DNA of 64,000 nucleotides from positions 240,094 to 304,093 of the forward strand of contig PMUP01000025.1 in NCBI GenBank assembly GCA_003166865.1, given 5' to 3'. Numbering within the stretch: the stretch's first letter is position 1; each line of letters opens with the position of its first letter. The notes below the pieces were generated by a model, which was not told the origin of the DNA, ran no database searches, and worked only from the letters and a program-made list of their open reading frames with translations. Position numbers and translations under genes: made by a program. Below, in pieces: positions 22,023 through 29,506 of the stretch. This DNA is from Bryobacterales bacterium. GTDB lineage: Bacteria > Acidobacteriota > Terriglobia > Bryobacterales > Bryobacteraceae.

Positions 22023-23378
22023 CTAAGCGCCCAGGATTTCGATATAGCGCGCCACCGCCTCGATGCCCCGGAAGAAATTCGGCAGGTGCAGCTTTTCATT
22101 GGGCGCGTGCAGATTGTCGTCCGGCAGCCCGAAGCCCATCATGACGCTTGGAATGCCCAGGTACTTATCGAAGGCAGCGACAATCGGAATGGACCCGCCC
22201 GAGCGAATGTACACTGTCTCCTTGCCGAACACCTGCTTCATCGCTTCCGCGGCCGCGTGAATAAAGCGATTGTCCGGATTCACTAACGACGGCGGCGCAT
22301 TGTGGATGGTCTTATACACTGCCGTCACGCCCTTGGGACACGCCGCTGCCACGGCCTTCTGCAATTGCGCAACAGCTTCATCGGGATTCTGATCGGCCAC
22401 CAGCCGCATGCTGAGCTTGGCCACGCCGCGCGCCGGGATCACCGTCTTGGCGCCTTCGCCAATGAACCCGCCGCGTATGCCATGTACCTCCAGCGTCGGA
22501 CGCGCCCACAAGCGCTCGAACAGTGGAATCTCGGGCTCGCCCACCAGTTCCTTCACGCCGACTTCATTCTCTCTGTACTCGCGTTCGTCGAACGGAAGCC
22601 GCGCCCAGGCAGCCCGCTCCTTGGCGCTGGGAGGAACCACGCGATCATAAAATCCCGGAATCTTGATGTGCCCTTCACGATCCTTCAGCGCCGTCAGAAT
22701 CTCGGCGATGGCCATGAGCGGATTCGGCGCGGCCCCGCCGTACACACCCGAGTGCAGATCGTGATTCGCTCCTTCCACCACCAGCTCGCCGTAAATGATG
22801 CCGCGCAATCCCACGCAGATGGTGGGCAGCTCCGGCGCGAACATTTCGGTGTCGCAAATCACGGCCGCGTCGGCTTTCAATCGCGCCGGCTTGCTCGCCA
22901 CGTAAGCTTCAATATGCTCGCCGCCGACCTCTTCCTCGCCTTCAATCAGAAACTTCACGTTGATGGGCAGCCGCCCGTGCTGCTTCAGCAGACCCTCCAC
23001 GGCTTTGATCAGGATGTAGGTCTGGCCCTTATCGTCCGCCGATCCGCGCGCGTAGATATTGTTGTCGCGGATGTCGGGCTCAAACGGCGGCGACTTCCAC
23101 TCGTCCAGCGGATCCGGCGGCTGCACGTCGTAGTGCCCGTAAAACAGCACCGTGGGCTTGCCCGGAGCGCCCAGCCATTCAGCATAAACTAGTGGATTCC
23201 CAGCCCCTTCGATCAACTGGGCCTGCTCGAGCCCGGCCTTCTCCAGCTCCCGTCGAACAAAGTCGGCTGCACGCTGGATGTCCGGCTTGTGCTCGGAGAG
23301 TGTGCTGATGCTCGGAATGCGCAGGAAGGTTTTCAGTCCTTCGAGATAACTGTCGTGGTGCTGTTCGTAGTAGTTCAT
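22023..23378 (-). CDS. M20-family dipeptidase/metallopeptidase
   Basis: 451 aa. YGHYDVQPPDPLDEWKSPPFEP and GSADDKG motifs. Confidence 0.9.
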   Translation of the reverse strand: MNYYEQHHDSYLEGLKTFLRIPSISTLSEHKPDIQRAADFVRRELEKAGLEQAQLIEGAGNPLVYAEWLGAPGKPTVLFYGHYDVQPPDPLDEWKSPPFEPDIRDNNIYARGSADDKGQTYILIKAVEGLLKQHGRLPINVKFLIEGEEEVGGEHIEAYVASKPARLKADAAVICDTEMFAPELPTICVGLRGIIYGELVVEGANHDLHSGVYGGAAPNPLMAIAEILTALKDREGHIKIPGFYDRVVPPSAKERAAWARLPFDEREYRENEVGVKELVGEPEIPLFERLWARPTLEVHGIRGGFIGEGAKTVIPARGVAKLSMRLVADQNPDEAVAQLQKAVAAACPKGVTAVYKTIHNAPPSLVNPDNRFIHAAAEAMKQVFGKETVYIRSGGSIPIVAAFDKYLGIPSVMMGFGLPDDNLHAPNEKLHLPNFFRGIEAVARYIEILGA

Positions 23379-23393
23379 GGCTTTTCCACTCGC

Positions 23394-23891
23394 CTACTTG
23401 GCTACCAGTCCCACTTCACTGACGACGATTCCCAGTTGACGTATGTCAGGAGGCGTCGGTGGCATCGCGTGATTCAGCGCGAAATCGATGCGCACCTCGC
23501 GGCCTTTCAGTTTGTCCGGTGGAACGTCCCGCACGTAGGTGTATGCTCCCGCTTTGGCGAATACTTGTGGATCGAGCTTTAATCCTCCGACCGAACACGA
23601 AAGCTCCACGAATTGCGAATGTTGGATGACCGGATCCGTTACTGCGAGATGCATCACCAACTGCGCGCCCCGCTCCACCGAGTGGAGTGGCGGATTGAGG
23701 GTCACGGCGAATTCCTTATTAGTCCAACGCCAGGCATTGGCTTCGATGTCGTAGAAACCCGCCGTAAAATGGCCGGCGAAGGCCGGATCGCCCGCAAAGG
23801 CCGTGCTCGCAATTTCTCCCCGGCGGCGTTTGCAGCCTCCAGACACAAGCAGCAAAGTCAGCAGCATCAGAGTCAAGAAGATGGATCGCAT
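23394..23891 (-). CDS. Putative lipoprotein, unknown function
   Basis: The internal ATG at 23891 gives MRSIFLTLMLLTLLLVSGGC..., a signal peptide with a Cys. The track ORF start at 24047 overlaps the upstream gene. Confidence 0.5.
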   Translation of the reverse strand: MRSIFLTLMLLTLLLVSGGCKRRRGEIASTAFAGDPAFAGHFTAGFYDIEANAWRWTNKEFAVTLNPPLHSVERGAQLVMHLAVTDPVIQHSQFVELSCSVGGLKLDPQVFAKAGAYTYVRDVPPDKLKGREVRIDFALNHAMPPTPPDIRQLGIVVSEVGLVAK

Positions 23892-23923
23892 GGTTTTTGG
23901 TGTTGTGGTTTTGGTGTGCGCGC

Positions 23924-26071
23924 TCAATCTCCGCACTTCTCCACGTCCACCAGGCAACTGTAGAACGTGGGACCGCCGCCCATGTCGGTGAGCCGGTCGG
24001 AGGTCAGGGCATTGACGCCGCGGCTGCCGGACGAAAGCTTGTTCCACCCCACCGACGGCGCTAGCACGACGCCCTGACGCACCAATCCCGTAGAGGGGCC
24101 GTTCACGCCGGCCACCAGTGTGCAGCTGCCGCGATCGTTAAAGACGCGAACCAGATCGCCATTGCCGATCCCGCGCGGGCGCGCGTCGTCATCGTGCAGG
24201 AACAATGTGGAGGTCTGGCTCCGCGCCGAGGAGTCATTGCCGAAGGTCGAGTTCATACTGTCGTGGCTCTTGGACGAAATCAGCTCCAGCGGAAACCGTG
24301 CGCGCAACTCCGAGGCGCCCAGCCGCGATTCGATGGGTGGCTGATAGTCTAACATCTCGGCGCCAAACTCGCATTTGCCGGATTTTGTGCCGAACCCGCC
24401 CTGCGCAAACGGCAAGAAGGGCTGGCCGTCCGGCGCGACGTTCAACCGCACGGAATGCTCGCGCTCCAGCCGTTCCAAGGTGATCCCCTGCAAGAACGGA
24501 TGCGCCGAATCGAGTAGGGTGCGGATCATGTCGTCTTCCGAATCGCGGAAGCAGTCCTCGTCGAAGCCCATGCGCTCCGCCAGCAGCCGGAATACTTCCA
24601 CGTTCGATTTCGTCTCGCCGGGCGCCGGCAGCGCCGGCCGCGCGAGCTGCAAATAGTAATGCCCGTACGCAAAGTAAAGATCAGTATGCTCGAGGAACGT
24701 GGTGGCGGGCAGCAAGATGTCCGCGTGATCCGCGGTGTCGTTCTGAAACTGTTCCAGCACTACTATGAACAGATCCTCGCGCCGCATTCCCGCCAGCACC
24801 AGGTTCTGATTTGGCGCGATCGACGCCGGATTCGAGTTGTAAACCACTATCGCCTTTACCGGCGGCGCATCCAATTGCGTCAGCGCCTTGCCCAGCTCGC
24901 TCATGTTGACGATGCGCGCTTCCCGCCCGAGCGGCGAGCGCTGCTGCAATTCGGGCATTTCCAATCCGGCCTTGTTGAGCTGAAACGCCTGGCTGGTGGA
25001 TAGTTGTAGCCCGCCGCCCACTTCGCGCCACGAGCCAACCAGCGCAGGCAGTGCCGCAATGGCCCGCGTGGCCGCTCCCCCGCGATCGCTGCGCTGGATG
25101 CCATAGTTCAGGCGGATGGCCGCCGGGCGTGTGGTCGCGTACTCGCGCGCTAACGTGACAACGTCCTCTCGTGGAATGCCTGTCAGCGTCTCCACGCGCT
25201 CCGGCGGATACTCGCGCGCCCGCTTGGCCAGAGCGTCAAATCCGTTGGTGTAATCCGCCACGTACCCGGCGTCGTGCAATTTCTCGCCGATGATCACGTG
25301 CATCAGCCCCAGCGCCAGCGCCAGGTCGCTGCCCGGATAGATAGCGAAATGCTTGTCCGCCAGCTTGCCAGTCCGATTGCGAACCGGATCGATGGTGTAA
25401 AACCGCGCGCCGTTCCTGCGTGCTTCGACAATGAAGGGCCACAAGTGTACGTTGGTGGCGAGCACGTTTGCTCCCCAGGCGATGATCAGCTTGGAGTGGC
25501 GAAACTGCTCGGGCTCCGTGCCGTAGCGCAGGCCGAGCGTGGCCATTAAACCCGCGCCTCCCGCGGACGAACAAATGGTCCGGTCCAGCCGCGAAGCTCC
25601 CAGGCGGTGGAAGAACCGCCGATCCAGGCCGGCGCCGTTCAGGTATCCCATGGTTCCCGCGTAGCTGTAGGGCAAAATCGCTTCCGGCCCGTATTCGTCC
25701 GAAACCGTCCGCAGCCGCGCCGTGATGGTATCCAGCGCCTCGTTCCATGAAATTCGCTCGAACTTGCCCTCGCCCTTTGCGCCCACGCGCTTCTTAGGAT
25801 AGAGCAAGCGGTCCGGTGAGTACTGCCGATCCAGATACCGCGCCACCTTGCCGCATAGAAACCCGCGCGTCACCGGATGTTCCGGATTTCCGCGTAAACG
25901 GCTGCCTTTCCTGTCATCTATACCGGGGCCGTCATTAATATCGATGAGCAAAGAGCAGCAATCGGGACAATCCAGCGCGCAGACGGAATGTCGGACTTGC
26001 GGCATGCTTTCAATTATAACGTCCGCGCGCCTTTCGGTAACCTGCGCCCAGCCCGCTACGTCGGTTGTCAT
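23924..26071 (-). CDS. Molybdopterin-dependent oxidoreductase (MopB superfamily) with N-terminal 4Fe-4S motif
   Basis: CALDCPDCCS cluster motif near the N-terminus, with MopB-like sequence throughout. The start is 26071 or 26005. The track start at 26260 is unlikely. Confidence 0.85.
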   Translation of the reverse strand: MTTDVAGWAQVTERRADVIIESMPQVRHSVCALDCPDCCSLLIDINDGPGIDDRKGSRLRGNPEHPVTRGFLCGKVARYLDRQYSPDRLLYPKKRVGAKGEGKFERISWNEALDTITARLRTVSDEYGPEAILPYSYAGTMGYLNGAGLDRRFFHRLGASRLDRTICSSAGGAGLMATLGLRYGTEPEQFRHSKLIIAWGANVLATNVHLWPFIVEARRNGARFYTIDPVRNRTGKLADKHFAIYPGSDLALALGLMHVIIGEKLHDAGYVADYTNGFDALAKRAREYPPERVETLTGIPREDVVTLAREYATTRPAAIRLNYGIQRSDRGGAATRAIAALPALVGSWREVGGGLQLSTSQAFQLNKAGLEMPELQQRSPLGREARIVNMSELGKALTQLDAPPVKAIVVYNSNPASIAPNQNLVLAGMRREDLFIVVLEQFQNDTADHADILLPATTFLEHTDLYFAYGHYYLQLARPALPAPGETKSNVEVFRLLAERMGFDEDCFRDSEDDMIRTLLDSAHPFLQGITLERLEREHSVRLNVAPDGQPFLPFAQGGFGTKSGKCEFGAEMLDYQPPIESRLGASELRARFPLELISSKSHDSMNSTFGNDSSARSQTSTLFLHDDDARPRGIGNGDLVRVFNDRGSCTLVAGVNGPSTGLVRQGVVLAPSVGWNKLSSGSRGVNALTSDRLTDMGGGPTFYSCLVDVEKCGD

Positions 26072-26238
26072 ATGGCTGGTACTAAAGGGCCGCTTTCTAG
26101 GTGGATTTCGCGATCCTGCGTGCGCCCTTTGGGAGTACAATCGATCTGAGGAGCGCACAGCGCGGGATGCGCTCGCAGGATAAAGAGAACAATCGCGGCC
26201 CGCTGCGTTGTGCGCGATGTTTATTGAGGAGTTTGCGC

Positions 26239-26895
26239 ATGCGTTGCCTGGTTCCGGCATTCCTATTGTTGAGTGTTACCGGCCTCGTCTTTGGCCAGTC
26301 CCACGGAGGCTCCGGAGGACGGAGTTACTCGCGAGGCTTCGCTAATCCCAACCGAGCGTCGCACCCTGTGCACGGCGCCGCAGTGATCGTTCCTTATCCG
26401 GTTTACTACGGCGGTTATTACGGCGGAGCTTACGGCTACTACGATCCCTCCGCTGCCGGCTACGCGCCGGGTTACGCGCCCGCCTACGGCTCTGGATATA
26501 CCGACGATGGTTCGCAAGCCAACGGGCCCGGAATGCCATCGGTGGTAATCAATCAGAATTTCGTTCCCCAGCAGTCCAATCCTCAGGTGCGCGAATACAA
26601 TGGCGACCAGCCGCAGGATCAATCCGGCCTGAAGCTGTATCAGGCGCCGCCGTCGCATCCGTACGCCGACGCTCAGCGCGCCGCGAACAGCGGTCAACCC
26701 ACCATCTACCTCATTGCTTTCCGCGACCACACCATCGTGCAGGCGCTGGGATATTGGATGCAGGGCAGCACCTTGCATTACGTCAGCGCCGAGCAGACGC
26801 TCAATCAAGTCAGTATCGATTTGGTGGATCGCGATCTCTCGCAGCGTTTGAATGACGAGCGCGGTTTGGATTTCCGCCTGCCGCAACCGCGGTAA
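26239..26895 (+). CDS. Secreted protein with Tyr/Gly-rich low-complexity segment and conserved-looking C-terminal domain
   Basis: GAGGA RBS at 26226-26230 and ATG at 26239. Signal peptide MRCLVPAFLLLSVTGLVFGQ. YYGGYYGGAYGYY...GYAPGYAPAYGSGY segment. Confidence 0.6.
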   Translation: MRCLVPAFLLLSVTGLVFGQSHGGSGGRSYSRGFANPNRASHPVHGAAVIVPYPVYYGGYYGGAYGYYDPSAAGYAPGYAPAYGSGYTDDGSQANGPGMPSVVINQNFVPQQSNPQVREYNGDQPQDQSGLKLYQAPPSHPYADAQRAANSGQPTIYLIAFRDHTIVQALGYWMQGSTLHYVSAEQTLNQVSIDLVDRDLSQRLNDERGLDFRLPQPR

Positions 26896-26943
26896 CGCGG
26901 ACCGCTCGCTCACTCGCACGGCTCAGCTTCCGAGCCGTGACCG

Positions 26944-27147
26944 TCAGGGAGCGGTTGTAAATACCCGAATAAGTTCGGCGTCGCCTTCCAGGAAATCGTA
27001 ATCGCCGCCGGCGGCGCGGATCTCGCGTTTGGCATTCTCGCGGCGAATGCGGTTGGATTCCTTCTTGGCCTCCCACTTGTAGCCCCAGTAGGCGCCGTTG
27101 CCGCGCTTCGGGCCGCTGTGTTCGGTCTTTCTGGCTTCGTAGCCCAT
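26944..27147 (-). CDS. Small basic ORF (67 aa) coupled to the ParE-like toxin. Its C-terminus is encoded by a duplicated Nudix 3' end.
   Basis: ATGA overlap with the toxin stop. The last ~17 codons (GDYDFLEGDAELIRVF) lie in the 42-bp repeat shared with the Nudix gene end. Confidence 0.4.
   Translation of the reverse strand: MGYEARKTEHSGPKRGNGAYWGYKWEAKKESNRIRRENAKREIRAAGGDYDFLEGDAELIRVFTTAP
26965..27006. repeat. Direct repeat copy A (42 bp, 3 mismatches versus copy B; 32-bp identical core 26975-27006)
   Basis: ccgaataagttcggcgtcgccttccaggaaatcgtaatcgcc versus ccgaatgaactcggcgtcgccttccaggaaatcgtaatcgcc. Confidence 0.9.
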
Positions 27148-27431
27148 CAGCGGTAAGCCTCTTTGCGGTTGCGTACGGTGTGGATGTGGAGGACGCCCTC
27201 GTTCTCACGGCTCTGGCTGGCATCGTCGCTCTCGCCGCTTTCTTCGGTGAAGCGCACGCGGAGATCGCCGACGCGCAGACGCTTTTCGCCGCCCTGGCCC
27301 TGGAGCGTTTTGACCCGGCCCGCGCCCGTCTCGGCGAGCCGGTGAATGGCGGTGAGAATCTGCATGGCGATCTGTTGCGGGATGGCGCGAATGTCGGCTC
27401 TAGCTTGTTCGGAGAAGACGATCCGTTTCAC
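27147..27431 (-). CDS. Type II toxin, RelE/ParE family
   Basis: 94 aa. MKRIVFSEQARADIRAI...LRVGDLRVRF...VLHIHTVRNRKEAYR pattern. GTG start overlaps the antitoxin stop (GTGA). Confidence 0.8.
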   Translation of the reverse strand: MKRIVFSEQARADIRAIPQQIAMQILTAIHRLAETGAGRVKTLQGQGGEKRLRVGDLRVRFTEESGESDDASQSRENEGVLHIHTVRNRKEAYR

Positions 27432-27700
27432 CCCGGTCCCTTATGGCCGCGGACCTGCTCCATCGCGAGGCCCAGCTCAGCGGCCACTTCCTCCATCGGG
27501 ATGCCCCGGTTGTTTTTGAACCACTCTTTGGACGCGGCCACGGCGCGCTCCTCCTCTTCGGTGACCGGTTCATCATCGATAGGAGCATTGTGGATGCGTG
27601 AGGCCTCGGGACCAGTCATGACTTCGAGCAGCCGAACGACGGCCTCCAACTGACTCGGATCGAGCTGATCGAGCAACTGATGGGCGTGCTGTTTGTCCAT
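27428..27700 (-). CDS. Putative cognate antitoxin
   Basis: 90-aa acidic protein immediately upstream of the toxin and overlapping it. Confidence 0.65.
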   Translation of the reverse strand: MDKQHAHQLLDQLDPSQLEAVVRLLEVMTGPEASRIHNAPIDDEPVTEEEERAVAASKEWFKNNRGIPMEEVAAELGLAMEQVRGHKGPG

Positions 27701-27805
27701 ATGCTTTTCCTTCTAGCGAATGAGTGCGTCAGGCGCCCGCGCGGCCCCCAGCGGCGGTTCATTTGAGGCCGTCTCGAAGGGATATCGATCATTTTACCGT
27801 ATTTC

Positions 27806-28180
27806 CTAATAGCTCCGAATGAACTCGGCGTCGCCTTCCAGGAAATCGTAATCGCCCAGGCTCCCGCGCGCCACCCATGCAATCTGCTCGAAATCCAGAT
27901 TCTTCGGCTCGCCCGTGAACTCCGTGACGCGATAAAAAATCAGCAGAATCGGCGGACGGCCCGGGTATTGGTATTCGTAGCGCATGATCTCGTGTTCCAC
28001 GCGCGCGCGGATCGCCAATTCCTCTTCCAGCTCGCGCACCAAGGCCGCTGCAGGCGCTTCGTTTGGCTCCGCCTTGCCGCCCGGGAACTCCCATTTGAGC
28101 GGATGCAGTCCGGTTCGCTTGCGCTGGCCAATCAGAATGCTGCCGTCCCACTCGATCACCGCCGCCACAACAGTGGTCAT
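27806..28180 (-). CDS. Nudix hydrolase (MutT-like (d)NTP pyrophosphohydrolase)
   Basis: Nudix box GGKAEPNEAPAAALVRELEEELAI. ATG at 28180 (MTTVVAAVIEW...) is preferred over 28228. Confidence 0.85.
   Translation of the reverse strand: MTTVVAAVIEWDGSILIGQRKRTGLHPLKWEFPGGKAEPNEAPAAALVRELEEELAIRARVEHEIMRYEYQYPGRPPILLIFYRVTEFTGEPKNLDFEQIAWVARGSLGDYDFLEGDAEFIRSY
27815..27856. repeat. Direct repeat copy B (inside the 3' end of the Nudix gene)
   Basis: See copy A. The spacing between copies is 850 bp. Confidence 0.9.
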
Positions 28181-28201
28181 AATAAAAACGGGACCGCGCC
28201 C

Positions 28202-28555
28202 TTGTACAGCGAAGCCTTCCTCGATCATTTCAAAAATCCGCGCAATGTGGGCGAGCTTGCGCCGCCCGCCGTCACGGTCGAGATCTCAAATCCGGCTTGC
28301 GGCGATATCCTGCGATTGTCGGCGCGCTTCGAAGACGGCCGCGTCGCCGAAGTTCGCTACAAAATCCGCGGCTGTACGGCGTCCATCGCCAGCGGCTCCG
28401 CGCTCACCGAATGGATGCTCGGGAAAACTCGCGCCGAGCTTGCCGCGCTGGACCGAGCGGCCATCGAATCCGCGGTCGGCGGCCTGATCCCCGAGTCCAA
28501 GCACGCCGCGGTGCTGTGCGTGGACGGAGTGAAAGAGCTGCTGAAAGCGAAGTGA
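28202..28555 (+). CDS. IscU/NifU N-terminal-type Fe-S cluster scaffold protein
   Basis: (L)YSEAFLDHFKNPRNVG...NPACGD...IRGCTASIAS...AAVLCVDG carries the three conserved Cys. The probable start is TTG at 28202. Confidence 0.8.
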   Translation: MYSEAFLDHFKNPRNVGELAPPAVTVEISNPACGDILRLSARFEDGRVAEVRYKIRGCTASIASGSALTEWMLGKTRAELAALDRAAIESAVGGLIPESKHAAVLCVDGVKELLKAK

Positions 28556-28561
28556 AAAAGC

Positions 28562-29257
28562 TCACAAAATGTTCACCGCCCGAGCCGCTAGCAGCGCCAC
28601 CGTGACCAGCGAAATGCTGGCTTGCACCATCATCATTACCTTGGCCCAGCGCGACAGCACCGGTACATCGGTGGGCGAAAACGCCGTGCTGGTGTTGAAC
28701 GCCAGGAACAGATAGTCCACAAATCCCGGCCGCCAGTTCTTATCGCTGTCCCATGGAGTAATCATTTGGGGAAAAAGGAACGCCCCGTCGTCGTGCGACT
28801 CTCTTCGGTCGCGTTCGTTGGGGCCGCCTGCGTCCAACCGCCAGTACCATGAGGCGAACACCAGAATATTGGCCACCCAAAGACACGCGGCGCCACGCAG
28901 AAGCTCTACCGGCGAATCAGCATGCGAGGGCAAACGATGGATCAACAGACTGAGCGAACCAACCATCGAGGCGGTTATGATGCCCAGCACCATATGACCG
29001 AAAATCCGGTTCAGACGATCCTTGCCGATTTGGTGGGTCACGATGGTCGGTATAAGCAACACCGAAACAACCGCCAGTAGCAGCCACTGCTGCCCGAATC
29101 GCAGCGGCGCCGGCATGACGAAATACAGCCCGCCGGTGGCCAGGAACGCAAGTATCGCCGGCCAGCGAGGTTCGCGTTCCCTGGGCTCGGACCCGGCTGG
29201 TTGGGATAAGGCGTTCGTCTGAGACATATGGGACAATGTACCAAGCCACCTCCCCAT
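28562..29257 (-). CDS. DUF1345-family membrane protein
   Basis: 231 aa. The C-terminal FNTSTAFSPTDV...W motif region is typical of DUF1345. An alternative start is at 29227. Confidence 0.7.
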   Translation of the reverse strand: MGRWLGTLSHMSQTNALSQPAGSEPREREPRWPAILAFLATGGLYFVMPAPLRFGQQWLLLAVVSVLLIPTIVTHQIGKDRLNRIFGHMVLGIITASMVGSLSLLIHRLPSHADSPVELLRGAACLWVANILVFASWYWRLDAGGPNERDRRESHDDGAFLFPQMITPWDSDKNWRPGFVDYLFLAFNTSTAFSPTDVPVLSRWAKVMMMVQASISLVTVALLAARAVNIL

Positions 29258-29506
29258 GAAGGTTGTAGTTCAAAGTTCGTCATTGATCTTTACCGTGCTT
29301 TCGATCATCCTGAACGTGCCGATCACTCGCGTAAAGCGAAAACCGGTGGGCCGGGAAGTGACGCGCAGAGAACCCAGTGCTGCGACCGGCTAGGGGCGGC
29401 GCCGCTTCCTGGCCAAGGCCGACCCGCCGCGGTGGCCGCGACATTAGACACCCAGCGTCAGTCGTACGCTGAACGAGCAGGGTTATTCGATTCAGCACGA
29501 ACAGCC

